A DNA stretch of 64,000 nt from an uncultured Gammaproteobacteria bacterium (GCA_963975985.1 CAXBIY010000010.1:6476-70475); one strand, 5' to 3'. Positions 18,834-29,547 are shown, numbered from the stretch's first letter. Notes: generated by a model not told the origin, from the sequence alone. Numbers and translations: made by a program.

Positions 18834-19252
18834 TTGTCCCAGGGATTTAAAATAACCAGATTATTCAACATAGAAAAATCTTTCACATTACGCGTCACTA
18901 GCATTAAATTATTTGATAATGCCGTTGCGGCAATCATACTATCGATTAAGGCAATGTTTTTTCCACTGGCTTCAGTGTCAGCTTTTATTTCGCCCCACAA
19001 TTTAGCTGCTACTTTATCGAAGCTCAACACATGATCACGTTGCCAAGAATAGACTTCTTCAAACCAAACCTCTAATTCTACTCGTCGCTTTGATATAGCT
19101 AAACGCTCGATACCTTTGCGTAGCTCCCCTATTGTTAATACACTAATAAACATTGATGATTCTTTAGTGTTAAGCAACCAATCAACAACTTGCTGATTCG
19201 GCTCAGGTTTCATTGCTTCAGATAACACGCAGGTATCAATCAAATAACTCAT
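18830..19252 (-). CDS. vapC: Type II toxin VapC (PIN-domain ribonuclease)
   Basis: It has the PIN signature (MSYLIDTCVLSE, a conserved acidic residue set). It overlaps the upstream antitoxin gene by 4 nt. Confidence 0.85.
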   Translation of the reverse strand: MSYLIDTCVLSEAMKPEPNQQVVDWLLNTKESSMFISVLTIGELRKGIERLAISKRRVELEVWFEEVYSWQRDHVLSFDKVAAKLWGEIKADTEASGKNIALIDSMIAATALSNNLMLVTRNVKDFSMLNNLVILNPWDN

Positions 19253-19503
19253 AAATCAACATCACGCATATTCGTTGTTTTGTCACGCGTGACATCCAGA
19301 GCAAAATCACCAGGATAACTCGCCAAAATAGCGTACAAGGATTTATGTGGTTGAGTTTCTTGTTGGTACTGTTTCATGGACACGACGACCACCGTATCCT
19401 CACCATGGCGCGTCACAATTTGCGGCCCATGTAGCACAGCTTCATTAACCACGTGACTAAAACGATTTTTTGCTTCTTGTAATTGCCAACGATTGCTCAT
19501 CAC
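19249..19503 (-). CDS. Type II antitoxin, Phd/YefM family
   Basis: It has an N-terminal Phd/YefM motif (WQLQEAKNRFSHVVNEA ... GEDTVVVVSMKQYQ), is 84 aa, and lies upstream of vapC. Confidence 0.85.
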   Translation of the reverse strand: MMSNRWQLQEAKNRFSHVVNEAVLHGPQIVTRHGEDTVVVVSMKQYQQETQPHKSLYAILASYPGDFALDVTRDKTTNMRDVDL

Positions 19504-19590
19504 TCACCTCCTACAATCTAGACAGACTAGACTTAATTATAGCCGGTAAATAGGATAAGTCAATGAACAAGAAACAACAGTAAGAGTTAT

Positions 19591-19625
19591 CTAGCAACAC
19601 ACAAATGGCATCTATGTGTTGCTAG
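19591..19625 (-). terminator. Hairpin downstream of fba (possible terminator; no clean U-tract)
   Basis: 11-bp stem CTAGCAACACA / TGTGTTGCTAG, located 15 nt after the fba stop. Confidence 0.3.
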
Positions 19626-19639
19626 AAATAGACAATAAT

Positions 19640-20704
19640 CTAGTTCACTCGCGGATCTAAATCACCACTAGCATAACGTTGATCCATGGCTTCTAATGAA
19701 AGGACTTTGATTTTGTCAGCATTGCCGGCAGTGCCAAAGGCTTCGTAGCGGGCGATACAGATATCTTTCATCGCATCGATGGTTTTCTTGAAGTATTTAC
19801 GCGGGTCGAACTCAGCGGGATTTTCTGCTAAGAATTTGCGGATGGCACCGGTTGAGGCCAAGCGTAAGTCAGTGTCAATATTGACTTTGCGGACACCATT
19901 CTTAATGCCTTCACAAATTTCTTCAACAGGCACACCATAGGTTTCAGGAATTTCGCCACCGAAGTCATTGATGACTTTCAACCATTCTTGCGGCACAGAA
20001 GACGAACCGTGCATCACTAAATGCGTGTCAGGGATTCGTTTGTGGATAGCTTTAATACGATCGATAGCTAAAATGTCGCCAGTAGGTGGGCGTGTGAATT
20101 TGTATGCACCATGGCTTGTGCCAATCGCGATCGCGAGGGCATCGACTTTGGTTGCTTTCACAAAACTAGCCGCTTCTTCAGGATCAGTTAATAGTTGGTC
20201 GTGCGACAATACACCGGCAGCACCTGAACCATCTTCTTCACCGGCTTCGCCCGTTTCTAGCGAACCTAAACAACCTAACTCACCTTCAACCGATACACCA
20301 CACGCGTGTGCCATTTGCACTGTGCGTAATGTCACATCAACATTGTATTCATAACTTGATGGCGTTTTCATATCACTCATCAATGAGCCGTCCATCATCA
20401 CTGATGAAAAACCTAACTGAATCGAACGTTGGCAAACATCCGGCGACGAACCGTGATCTTGATGCATACACACGGGAATATGCGGGAACTCCTCTGTCGC
20501 TGCTAAAATTAAATGTCTTAAAAATGGTGCACCGGCATATTTACGAGCACCGGCTGACGCTTGCACAATCACAGGACTATTCGTGGCATCTGCGGCTTCC
20601 ATAATCGCGCGCATTTGCTCAAGATTGTTAACATTGTACGCCGGAACACCATAACTGTGTTCTGCTGCATGGTCGAGTAATTGTCGAAGTGAAATAAGTG
20701 CCAT
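19640..20704 (-). CDS. fba: Fructose-bisphosphate aldolase, class II (CbbA/Fba type)
   Basis: Full-length similarity ([20 protein letters not shown]). Confidence 0.95.
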   Translation of the reverse strand: MALISLRQLLDHAAEHSYGVPAYNVNNLEQMRAIMEAADATNSPVIVQASAGARKYAGAPFLRHLILAATEEFPHIPVCMHQDHGSSPDVCQRSIQLGFSSVMMDGSLMSDMKTPSSYEYNVDVTLRTVQMAHACGVSVEGELGCLGSLETGEAGEEDGSGAAGVLSHDQLLTDPEEAASFVKATKVDALAIAIGTSHGAYKFTRPPTGDILAIDRIKAIHKRIPDTHLVMHGSSSVPQEWLKVINDFGGEIPETYGVPVEEICEGIKNGVRKVNIDTDLRLASTGAIRKFLAENPAEFDPRKYFKKTIDAMKDICIARYEAFGTAGNADKIKVLSLEAMDQRYASGDLDPRVN

Positions 20705-20824
20705 TTTTACGTTCCTTGCGGTTGCTGTGAGAATTGCTCCATATTATACTTGCTTCGCATCTGTTTTAACAGCAGACATGGATGTGGCTAAAAAATTACA
20801 ATTAATTAAAGAGGAGCCTCAATA

Positions 20825-21247
20825 ATGCTTAAAACCGTTTTAACCTGCCTATTCGGCCTTTGTCTAATCAGCACAGCCATGGCAGACACACAATGTCCCA
20901 GCCCCACCTTAATCCAATATAATTCAACCACACAAAAATGGAGTTTTAGCGGTGACCATGGTAAATGGGAGCTTTCTAAAGATTTGCCCCCACCAAGTGG
21001 TACGCCTTCAGCTCACCCATTTTTTCTCGGTGCAGTGTGGAATGAATATCATAACAAGCAAGTAATTTGCTATTATGTTGACAAGTGGACTGAGGGTAGT
21101 TTTCAACCGATGGTATTAACATCAACACACGCCATCACACAAAAACCTGTGACAGCTAGCTGGCTAACTAACTCTGACTACATGCAATGTGGCTTCCCCG
21201 ACACCATGGAACCATTTCCTATCAACGCTTGTCCATTCAATTATTAA
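20825..21247 (+). CDS. Hypothetical secreted Cys-containing protein
   Basis: It has a good SD (GAGGAG), a signal peptide (MLKTVLTCLFGLCLISTAMA) and six Cys in the mature part. It lies on the opposite strand to the flanking glycolytic genes. Confidence 0.6.
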   Translation: MLKTVLTCLFGLCLISTAMADTQCPSPTLIQYNSTTQKWSFSGDHGKWELSKDLPPPSGTPSAHPFFLGAVWNEYHNKQVICYYVDKWTEGSFQPMVLTSTHAITQKPVTASWLTNSDYMQCGFPDTMEPFPINACPFNY

Positions 21248-21258
21248 GTATGCTAAAT

Positions 21259-21281
21259 GGGGTAGACGTCTCGCCTACCCC
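21259..21281. terminator. Hairpin between convergent genes (candidate bidirectional terminator)
   Basis: 7-bp stem GGGGTAG / CTACCCC with a 9-nt loop, and weak T/A tracts on both sides. Confidence 0.35.
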
Positions 21282-21290
21282 GCGCTTAAA

Positions 21291-22727
21291 TTATTCAACT
21301 TCTAAAATCTTCAACACATTCGTTTGCCCACCGACACCGACTTCATCACCACCGGTCACCAAAATGCGATCGCCTTTGGCGATTAAACCTTTGGCTAATA
21401 CAGTTTTCATGGCTGCTTGATAGGCTTCAGGTGCCTTCATACCTCTGGGATCAAAGGCTAAAGGATACACACCACGATACATGCACATTTTGCGACGCGC
21501 TTGTTGGCTGCGGCTTAAGGCATAAACGGGGATACCGGAACGAATACGTGACATGAGTAATGGCGTATGGCCTGATTCAGTTAACGCAATAATCGCTTTA
21601 ATATTTAAATGATTGGCGGCATACATGGCGGACATCGCAATAGTTTCATCAATGCGATCAAAATGACATTCGACACGATGACCTGACATTTTAGCTAAAG
21701 GTTGTTGCTCAGTACCATGACAGACGCGATCCATTGCAGCGACAACTTCAAGTGGATGTTTGCCGGTTGCGGTTTCAGCTGAGGTCATCACGGCATCGGT
21801 ACCATCTAACACAGCGTTAGCTACGTCAAAGACTTCTGCACGAGTCGGAATATTATTTTCGATCATCGATTCCATCATTTGTGTTGCGGTAATAACCGCT
21901 TTATCTAGAGCACGTGCGCGTTGAATAATATATTTTTGTGCGGCTGGTAATTCAGCATCACCAATTTCTACACCTAAATCACCACGCGCGACCATAACAG
22001 CATCTGACGCTTTGATAATCTCATCAATCACGCCTTCTTCTACCGCTTCAGCACGTTCAATTTTAGCGACTAAACCACAGGTACCATTGGCTTCATGCAA
22101 TAATTTACGGGCATAATTCATATCCGCCGCGCTGCGTGGGAATGAAATAGCGATATAATCAGACCCCATGTCGACAGCGGTAATTAAATCTTCTTTATCT
22201 TTATCGGTTAAGGCTTCAGCCGCTAAACCGCCACCTTGTTTATTAATGCCTTTGTTATTAGACAAAGCGCCGCCGACATCCACGGTGCAAATAATTTTAT
22301 TGCCTTGAACTTTATCGACTGTCATTTCAACACGGCCATCATCTAACAATAAACGATCGCCCTTGCCGACTTCTTGTGGCAGTGTTTTGTAATCAATACC
22401 GACTTGGGTTTCATCACCGGCTTCACTATCTAAATCAGAATCGAACGTAAAGGTTTGACCCACAGCCAACATCACTTTGTCATTTTTAAATCGCGAGATG
22501 CGAATTTTAGGGCCTTGTAAATCAGCCATGATAGCCACTTCCGTTTGCAAGCTTTCAGCCGCCTCGCGGATATACACCGCACGTTGACGATGGTCATCAG
22601 CTTTACCATGCGAAAAGTTCAAACGAAATACGTTTACACCGGTTTCGATCAATTTTTTGATCGTGGCTAAGTCACTGGTGGAGGGGCCTAAGGTTGAAAT
22701 GATTTTAGTGCGTCTGGGTGATGACAT
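21291..22727 (-). CDS. pyk: Pyruvate kinase
   Basis: Full-length similarity (RRTKIISTLGP, MVARGDLGVEI). Confidence 0.95.
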   Translation of the reverse strand: MSSPRRTKIISTLGPSTSDLATIKKLIETGVNVFRLNFSHGKADDHRQRAVYIREAAESLQTEVAIMADLQGPKIRISRFKNDKVMLAVGQTFTFDSDLDSEAGDETQVGIDYKTLPQEVGKGDRLLLDDGRVEMTVDKVQGNKIICTVDVGGALSNNKGINKQGGGLAAEALTDKDKEDLITAVDMGSDYIAISFPRSAADMNYARKLLHEANGTCGLVAKIERAEAVEEGVIDEIIKASDAVMVARGDLGVEIGDAELPAAQKYIIQRARALDKAVITATQMMESMIENNIPTRAEVFDVANAVLDGTDAVMTSAETATGKHPLEVVAAMDRVCHGTEQQPLAKMSGHRVECHFDRIDETIAMSAMYAANHLNIKAIIALTESGHTPLLMSRIRSGIPVYALSRSQQARRKMCMYRGVYPLAFDPRGMKAPEAYQAAMKTVLAKGLIAKGDRILVTGGDEVGVGGQTNVLKILEVE

Positions 22728-22873
22728 AGTGGTTCCTTATATGAAGGACCGTATTGTAACGGTTGGCGTAAGAATTCACGAGTAACTTGAAAAACAAATA
22801 AAATCACCCGTGAAAAAGCATTTAATAATACCGTTCGGGATTAAAAATTACGCTCTGTAGATGATACTTACCA

Positions 22874-23872
22874 TTAGATCTCTGAGATACGGGCGGTGGG
22901 TACTGTTGATGTTCGACAAAAATACCAAGTATAAAAAAGCAAAAAGAGAAGCACTTCCAACCCTTGAGTGATAAGAAAGGTGACCATCCCGGCGATATTA
23001 CCATTAGCAACAGCATCACCATCAACATGCGGGCCTCGTACCACAACCCATTTAGCCGCCTGCTGCGTAATCAAGGCACCAGACAATAAAAAACCGGAGA
23101 CAAAAACAAAAGCTATCCGTAGTAAAGCATTATTGTGAAGTTTAGCTGCCGCTACTCTCGCCAGGGAACCTAGTGACCGAGCATTAGCATCAACCTCATC
23201 AAGGCTAGCATAATCATCATGGTTCTCTCTTACAGAAAGCGCCGCTATAAACGGCACGGCGCTGGCCCCGGTTGCCGATACAAGTGCCTCTAATGGTATT
23301 GAATGCAAATAGTTTGTCGCGACTGTGAACGCTCCGCCAAAAGATAAAATACCAAGACCGCTGATCAGTGCATGACTCAAGCAGTGACGATCCGCTGGAG
23401 CACCTGCACGTCGTAAAAATCCATATCGGTTATGCAATTGATCAAACATATAAACAATCAAACTATAAATGGGCGCAGTCGTTGCTGTTGCCACATAGCC
23501 TGTATAACGACCAGTGATGCCAGCCAAATAGAGACTATTCGCGGGCCACAGAAAAACACTAAGCAATAGAATAAGCTTAATAATTTCTTCATATACATGT
23601 TTAGCTGTATCACAAGTTAAGAAAAGGCGTATGCATTCTGTCAATCGCTGACAATTCGCACAAGCGGTTGCATCACTACCATTATCTCTTACAGCCTTTG
23701 CGATATCAGGCATGAGGCCATTGAGATATTCAACGAAAGTTCTTTCAGGGGTTGCTGTGGCACCAGCGGGTACCTGAACTCCAGGACTAGCTACAGCTAA
23801 CGGGGTATCCTGACCAGGCTGACCAGGAGTAAAGGGTACAATAGAACTTTCATCAACACCTGCTGTATTCAT
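22874..23872 (-). CDS. Hypothetical multi-pass membrane protein with a Pro/Gly/Ala-rich N-terminus
   Basis: This 332-aa ORF sits between pgk and pyk on the same strand, with an AGGTGA SD. It has several hydrophobic segments, and I recognise no family. Confidence 0.55.
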   Translation of the reverse strand: MNTAGVDESSIVPFTPGQPGQDTPLAVASPGVQVPAGATATPERTFVEYLNGLMPDIAKAVRDNGSDATACANCQRLTECIRLFLTCDTAKHVYEEIIKLILLLSVFLWPANSLYLAGITGRYTGYVATATTAPIYSLIVYMFDQLHNRYGFLRRAGAPADRHCLSHALISGLGILSFGGAFTVATNYLHSIPLEALVSATGASAVPFIAALSVRENHDDYASLDEVDANARSLGSLARVAAAKLHNNALLRIAFVFVSGFLLSGALITQQAAKWVVVRGPHVDGDAVANGNIAGMVTFLITQGLEVLLFLLFYTWYFCRTSTVPTARISEI

Positions 23873-23923
23873 AACATCACCTATCTTATTATCTTGTTTA
23901 CTACTGTACGTATTTTACGCTAT

Positions 23924-25084
23924 TTACTTCAACACTGCTACGCCTGGCAAAGTTTTACCTTCGAGAAATTCTAAAAACGCACCACCGGCGGTGGAAATAT
24001 AACTAATCTGATCGTTTACGTTATATTGTTCGATGGCAGCGATGGTATCACCCCCACCGGCGATTGAGAAGGCAGGGCTTTCGGCTATAGCCTTGGCTAA
24101 GCTGTGTGTGCCTTCGCCGAATTGCGGGAATTCGAACACACCAACAGGGCCATTCCAGACGATGGTTTTGGCTTGGGCTAGCATGTCGGCGTATCGTTTG
24201 GCTGTGTCGGGGCCGATATCAAAAATCATGTCGTCGTCAGCGACTTGGTCGACGGGTTTGACTACAGCTTCGGTGTCAGCAGAAAAGGCTTTGCCAACCA
24301 CAACATCAGTTGGCACAGGGATGTCGGCGCCGCGCGCTTTCGCTTGTTGCATTAACGTTTTGGCTTGTTCGATTAAGTCGGGTTCGTAAAGTGATTTGCC
24401 GACGTTGTAGCCGCAAGCGGCGATGAAGGTGTTGGCGATGCCACCGCCTACGATGAGTTGATCGACTTTTTCAGCTAAGTGTTCGAGCACCGTGAGTTTA
24501 GTTGAGACTTTAGAACCACCGACAATGGCTAATAATGGATGAGCAGGATTTTCTAATGCGCTGCCTAAAGCGTTTAATTCTTTTTGCAACAAGGGGCCCG
24601 CACATTTTTGTTTGGCGAATTTAGCAACACCGTGCGTTGACGCTTGAGCGCGATGCGAGGTGGCGAAGGCATCCATGACGAAGATATCGCCTAATGCAGC
24701 GTATTGTTTGGCTAAAGCGTCGTCGTCTTTTTCTTCGCCTTTGTTGAAGCGGACGTTTTCGCAGAGGATGACATCGCCGGGTTGTGCGTCAATGCCATTC
24801 AAGTAATCTTTTACAAATGTAACATCATGACCTAATAATTCTTGTAAGCGTTTGGCGACGGGGGCTAGTGAATATTTTTTGTCGTATTCGCCTTCGGAGG
24901 GTCGGCCTAAGTGTGAGAGTAAGATCACGGCGGCACCTTGTTCCAAAGCGTATTGAATGGTGGGTAATGCGGCTTGGATGCGCAAATCGCTGGTGATGTC
25001 GCCGTTGTCGTCTAGCGGGACGTTTAAGTCTTCGCGGATAATGAGGCGTTGGTTTTTTAAGGTTAGGTCGGATAGGGTTTTCAT
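23924..25084 (-). CDS. pgk: Phosphoglycerate kinase
   Basis: Full-length similarity (RxDLNVPL, STGGGA-type C-terminal motif [15 protein letters not shown]). Confidence 0.95.
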   Translation of the reverse strand: MKTLSDLTLKNQRLIIREDLNVPLDDNGDITSDLRIQAALPTIQYALEQGAAVILLSHLGRPSEGEYDKKYSLAPVAKRLQELLGHDVTFVKDYLNGIDAQPGDVILCENVRFNKGEEKDDDALAKQYAALGDIFVMDAFATSHRAQASTHGVAKFAKQKCAGPLLQKELNALGSALENPAHPLLAIVGGSKVSTKLTVLEHLAEKVDQLIVGGGIANTFIAACGYNVGKSLYEPDLIEQAKTLMQQAKARGADIPVPTDVVVGKAFSADTEAVVKPVDQVADDDMIFDIGPDTAKRYADMLAQAKTIVWNGPVGVFEFPQFGEGTHSLAKAIAESPAFSIAGGGDTIAAIEQYNVNDQISYISTAGGAFLEFLEGKTLPGVAVLK

Positions 25085-25106
25085 GAAATTTCCTTTTTAG
25101 TCTGAT

Positions 25107-25172
25107 ATTGCACAGCCAAGCTGCACAATGACGGCATGTCGTCATCCCACGGCTTGACCGCGGGATCCAGAG
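25107..25172. repeat. Palindromic element family 1, copy C (arms in head-to-head order)
   Basis: ATTGCACAGCCAAGCTGCACAATGACG is followed by GCATGT and then CGTCATCCCACGGCTTGACCGCGGGATCCAGAG. Confidence 0.8.
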
Positions 25173-25195
25173 AACAGCCTTTCACTCATCATAAT

Positions 25196-25216
25196 CTTCT
25201 CCCAGAACGGGAGAAG
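25196..25216. repeat. Hairpin family 2 (CTTCTCCC-N5-GGGAGAAG followed by an A-run), copy 1
   Basis: The sequence is CTTCTCCC AGAAC GGGAGAAG AAAAAG, located in the gap-pgk intergenic region. Confidence 0.7.
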
Positions 25217-25242
25217 AAAAAGAATGGAAGAAGGATATAGAC

Positions 25243-26247
25243 TTATGCGTTTTTCATCGCAATCGCAGTGTCTAGCATACGGTTACTGAAGCCCCACTCG
25301 TTGTCGTACCATGACAAGACTTTAACCGTGTTACCAATGATTTTTGTTTGCGTAGAATCAAAGGTTGATGATGCCGGGTTGTGATTGAAATCGATCGAGA
25401 CTAACGGTAATTCGTTATAGCCTAGCACATTTTTCAATTCACCGTTGGCCGCTTCGCTCATCAGTTTGTTGATTTCCTCAACGCTGGTTTCGCGACTGGC
25501 AACAAAGGTTAAATCGACGACTGAGACATTAATAGTTGGCACGCGAATCGCGAAGCCATCTAACTTACCTTTTAATTCAGGTAGAACTAAACTCACTGCG
25601 GCAGCTGCACCAGTTTTAGTCGGGATCATAGAATGCGTGGCTGAACGAGCGCGGCGAATGTCGGTGTGTGACACATCAGTCAATACTTGATCGTTAGTAT
25701 AAGCATGCACTGTGGTCATCAAACCATTTTCAATACCGATATTTTCATGCAACACTTTTGCGACAGGCGCTAAGCAGTTAGTCGTGCATGATGCGTTGGA
25801 AACAATGGTGTCATCGGCTGTTAAGGTCTTATGATTAACGCCATAAACAATCGTTTTCACATCGCTACCGGCTGGTGCTGAGATTAAGACTTTTTTAGCG
25901 CCTGCTTCTAAATGGGCTTTAGCTTTATCTTTCGAGGCGAACATGCCGGTGCATTCGAACACCACATCGATGTCTAAATCACCCCAAGGTAATTCAGCAG
26001 GGTTACGGTTAGACACCATTTTGATTTCGTCGCCATCAATCACTAAGTTACCATCACGGATTTCAACACTGCCATGGAAAGGACCATGTGTGGTATCAAA
26101 ACGCGTTAAATGTGCAGCGATTTCTAAATTGCCTAAGTCATTGATAGCAACAATTTGAATATCACCTTGACGTTTCGCTTCATAAATCGCTCGCAAACAA
26201 TTGCGACCAATACGACCATAACCATTAATTGCTACACGGACTGACAT
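25243..26247 (-). CDS. gap: Glyceraldehyde-3-phosphate dehydrogenase
   Basis: It has the INGYGRIGR and SNASCTTNC active-site motifs. Confidence 0.95.
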   Translation of the reverse strand: MSVRVAINGYGRIGRNCLRAIYEAKRQGDIQIVAINDLGNLEIAAHLTRFDTTHGPFHGSVEIRDGNLVIDGDEIKMVSNRNPAELPWGDLDIDVVFECTGMFASKDKAKAHLEAGAKKVLISAPAGSDVKTIVYGVNHKTLTADDTIVSNASCTTNCLAPVAKVLHENIGIENGLMTTVHAYTNDQVLTDVSHTDIRRARSATHSMIPTKTGAAAAVSLVLPELKGKLDGFAIRVPTINVSVVDLTFVASRETSVEEINKLMSEAANGELKNVLGYNELPLVSIDFNHNPASSTFDSTQTKIIGNTVKVLSWYDNEWGFSNRMLDTAIAMKNA

Positions 26248-28241
26248 ACTTCTTCTCCTAATAATTCTTTGGCTTGTTCCACAATGTTATCGACGGTGAA
26301 ACCAAACTCGTTAAATAAAATATTTGCTGGCGCTGACTCACCGTAATGATCAATCCCCACCACTTTACCTTCTAAGCCGACAAAGCGATACCAATAATCC
26401 GTGACACCCGCTTCGATGGCAATTCGATTCGTCACTTGGCAAGGGAAAACGCTTTCACGATAATCGGCATCTTGCAGCAAGAATAATTCCGCACAAGGCA
26501 TGGAAACCACACGAACCTTTGCATCTAACTGTTCAGCGGCTTGCATCGCTAACTGCACTTCTGAACCGGTGGCAATCAAAATCATATCAGGCTCGCCATC
26601 GCAATCTTTTAAGATATAACCACCGCGTTTAATATTTTCAACCGTTGCAGTATCGCGCATTTGGTGCGGCAAACTTTGGCGCGTTAATAATAATGCGCTC
26701 GGTGTGGCCTTCTCTTCGATAGCTGACTGCCACATCACAGCCGTTTCGACTTCATCACAAGGACGCCATACATGCAGGTTAGGGATTAATCGTAATGATG
26801 ATGTATGTTCAATCGGTTGATGCGTGGGGCCATCTTCACCTAAGCCAATTGAATCATGACTTAAGACATAGATCACACGTTGCTTCATAATCGCCGCCAT
26901 GCGAATCGCGTTACGCGCGTAGTCGCTGAACACGAGGAAGGTGCCACCAAAAGGAATATAACCGCCGTGCAAAGCTAAGCCATTCATAATGGCACACATA
27001 CCAAATTCACGCACTCCGTAGTGAATATAATCAGCATCGGTCACTTGCTCAGTCAATACACGAGCATTAGCGAATTTCGTGCAGTTGGAACCACTTAAAT
27101 CAGCAGAACCGCCTAATAATTCGGGTAATGCTGGTGCGAGCACATTCAAACAATTCAATGACCCTTTGCGGGTAGCAGGGTTGTCAGCACGTGTATTCGT
27201 TGCTGCAATCATCGCGGCCACTTGCTTTTGCCAATCGGCAGGTAACTCACCGCTCATGCGACGTGTGAATTCAAGCGCTAATTCAGGGTGTGCAGCCTGA
27301 TAAGCCGCAAACAATTGTTGCCATTCTGATTCATAGCTTGCACCTTCGTCAACCGCAGACCAAGAATCACAAATCGCTTGAGGAATTTCAAAGGGTTTAT
27401 GATCCCATTGTAATTGCTTTCGCACTTGTGCAATCTCATCATCACCTAGCGGAGCACCATGGGCACTGGCTGTGCCGGCGACTTTAGGTGAACCATAACC
27501 AATTTGGGTTTTACAACAAATTAAACTGGGGCGCTTGTGTTCTTTTTTCGCTTTAATAATAGCGGCGTTAACAGCATCAGCATCATGCCCATCGATATCA
27601 CGAATCACATGCCAACCGTAAGCTTCAAAACGTTTCGCAGTATCGTCAGTAAACCAACCCGTGGTTTTACCGTCGATAGAAATACCATTGTCATCCCAGA
27701 AACAAATCAATTTACCTAATTCCCACGTACCAGCTAATGCACAGGTTTCGTGCGAAATGCCTTCCATTAAGCAGCCATCACCGAGGAAGGTATAAGTAAA
27801 GTGATCGACAATAGTCAAATCATCACGATTAAAATGTTCGGCTAGCATTTTTTCAGCTAACGCCATACCAACAGCATTACTCACGCCTTGGCCTAATGGG
27901 CCGGTCGTGGTTTCAATACCCGGCGCATAACCCAGCTCAGGATGCCCTGGTGTTTTTGAATGCCATTGGCGGAAATTCTTCAAATCATCCATCGATAAAT
28001 CATAACCGCTGAGGTGCAACAAGGAATAAAGCAACATCGAACCATGACCATTCGACAACACGAATCTGTCACGATTTAACCAATTAGGATTTTTAGGATT
28101 ATGACGTAAATGATCATGCCACAACACTTCTGCCATATCCGCCATACCCATCGGCATGCCAGGATGACCTGAATTGGCTTGTTGAACAGCATCGATACTT
28201 AAAAAACGAATAGCATTTGCGCGGTCTTGACGTGAAGGCAT
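26232..28241 (-). CDS. tkt: Transketolase
   Basis: Full-length similarity (SGHPGMPMG, the [11 protein letters not shown] motif). Its 3' end overlaps the gap start by 16 nt. Confidence 0.95.
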   Translation of the reverse strand: MPSRQDRANAIRFLSIDAVQQANSGHPGMPMGMADMAEVLWHDHLRHNPKNPNWLNRDRFVLSNGHGSMLLYSLLHLSGYDLSMDDLKNFRQWHSKTPGHPELGYAPGIETTTGPLGQGVSNAVGMALAEKMLAEHFNRDDLTIVDHFTYTFLGDGCLMEGISHETCALAGTWELGKLICFWDDNGISIDGKTTGWFTDDTAKRFEAYGWHVIRDIDGHDADAVNAAIIKAKKEHKRPSLICCKTQIGYGSPKVAGTASAHGAPLGDDEIAQVRKQLQWDHKPFEIPQAICDSWSAVDEGASYESEWQQLFAAYQAAHPELALEFTRRMSGELPADWQKQVAAMIAATNTRADNPATRKGSLNCLNVLAPALPELLGGSADLSGSNCTKFANARVLTEQVTDADYIHYGVREFGMCAIMNGLALHGGYIPFGGTFLVFSDYARNAIRMAAIMKQRVIYVLSHDSIGLGEDGPTHQPIEHTSSLRLIPNLHVWRPCDEVETAVMWQSAIEEKATPSALLLTRQSLPHQMRDTATVENIKRGGYILKDCDGEPDMILIATGSEVQLAMQAAEQLDAKVRVVSMPCAELFLLQDADYRESVFPCQVTNRIAIEAGVTDYWYRFVGLEGKVVGIDHYGESAPANILFNEFGFTVDNIVEQAKELLGEEVCQSV

Positions 28242-28288
28242 GTGGGCTCCAGTTGGGATTATTTTTTGCAGAGCGAATTATATCTCAT

Positions 28289-28323
28289 TTAGGGCTTAGG
28301 TGTTAGGGCTTAGGGCTTAGGCA
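28289..28323. repeat. Tandem heptamer repeat (TTAGGGC)n
   Basis: There are five consecutive units: TTAGGGC TTAGGTG TTAGGGC TTAGGGC TTAGGCA. The last unit contains the stop codon of the adjacent transporter gene. Confidence 0.85.
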
Positions 28324-29507
28324 GCCAATTGCGCAATCACCACCAATATCGATAACACCATCACCAACACCAATGCTATTTTGCCGCCAATCGTTTGGTA
28401 GCCAAATGCGATTTGTTTTCGGTAACGTCCCCACCACACCATGCACGCGGGTAATGCGCCGAGCAAAACAGCAATCCAAATGCCCGCATAACTTAATGCC
28501 ATGATAAAACCTTTGGGATAGAAAATGGCAAAAACAAAGGGCGGAATAAAAGTAATCAACGCCGTGGCTAACTTACCGAAATGGGTTTTCTCAATATCAA
28601 ATCCATCGGCTAAGAAATCGAACAAACTAAACGCAACGCCCAATAATGATGTACCCATCGCGAAGAATGCGAACCAGGTAAACCCTTTGCCAATCCATAA
28701 GGTGTGCGTCATACTCGCAAACGCTTGCGCCAAATAGATTTGTGGCTGACCGGTTTTGCCAATGGCCATCAAACCATTAGCACCGTGCAGCGGAATCACA
28801 CCAATGACGATCAATTCCCATAAGATATAAACGAGTAATGGCACCGTACTGCCGACAAAAATCGCTAAACGTAATTGCTTAACATCACTATTTAAGTAGC
28901 TACGCAAACCGGGGATTACCACATGAAATCCAAATGATGTCACCACAACCGGCACTGCCAACCATAGATGGCTCACCGCTTGATATTTCAAATGTTCAAT
29001 AGCGACATGAGGCGCTAAAATAAATAGTAACGTCACATAAGTAATGATTAAGCCAATCACAAAAATTCGATTCAAACCATCGACAAACTTCACACCGAGA
29101 TAAATCACAAAACCGAATACACCAATAAAAATTAACGCACCAAACCAAACCGGCAACACTGTGTGACAATATTGATTAATCACCGCCACCGTCAAGCCAC
29201 CGAGGCCCGTCATATACGCAGCTAATAACGAGTACATCAACAATAAATAGCTAAACCACGCAACCGCTAAACCGGGTTTACCCAAGGTTAACTTGGCCAT
29301 GGAAATCATATTGGTTTCTTTGGGTAGCCATAACGTGGTTTCTAAAATCAAAAATGCGGTATATGTCAGATACGCCCATGTCGCAACAAACAAAACCGTT
29401 GCCCACATAAAACCATAAGCGGCAGTCACCACAGACAGTGCCAACATACCAGCACCAATTGATGTGCCGGAAATAAGGAAAATCGCGCCGAGGGTTTTCA
29501 TATTCAT
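28317..29507 (-). CDS. Aromatic amino acid (tyrosine/tryptophan) permease, HAAAP family
   Basis: It has 11 TM helices and an N-terminal HAAAP motif (GAIFLISGTSIGAGMLALS). Confidence 0.8.
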   Translation of the reverse strand: MNMKTLGAIFLISGTSIGAGMLALSVVTAAYGFMWATVLFVATWAYLTYTAFLILETTLWLPKETNMISMAKLTLGKPGLAVAWFSYLLLMYSLLAAYMTGLGGLTVAVINQYCHTVLPVWFGALIFIGVFGFVIYLGVKFVDGLNRIFVIGLIITYVTLLFILAPHVAIEHLKYQAVSHLWLAVPVVVTSFGFHVVIPGLRSYLNSDVKQLRLAIFVGSTVPLLVYILWELIVIGVIPLHGANGLMAIGKTGQPQIYLAQAFASMTHTLWIGKGFTWFAFFAMGTSLLGVAFSLFDFLADGFDIEKTHFGKLATALITFIPPFVFAIFYPKGFIMALSYAGIWIAVLLGALPACMVWWGRYRKQIAFGYQTIGGKIALVLVMVLSILVVIAQLAA

Positions 29508-29547
29508 TGGCGCATGATACGGGAATCATGCGCAAAAAGGAATCATT

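Noticed and set aside
22822-23046. A 74-aa ORF overlapping the 3' end of the orphan membrane-protein gene.
   Set aside because: It overlaps the longer same-strand ORF out of frame and has no independent signals.
24825-25145. A 106-aa Arg-rich ORF on the minus strand, overlapping the pgk 5' region and the palindromic element.
   Set aside because: It lies out of frame within the well-supported pgk gene and runs into a repeat element. Its composition is typical of an off-frame artefact.
28289-28323. TTAGGG-type repeats as a possible telomere or linear-replicon end.
   Set aside because: The array holds only five heptamers, sits between two ordinary chromosomal genes, and has an extra C per unit. 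Nothing else suggests a replicon terminus. I retain it only as a short tandem repeat finding.
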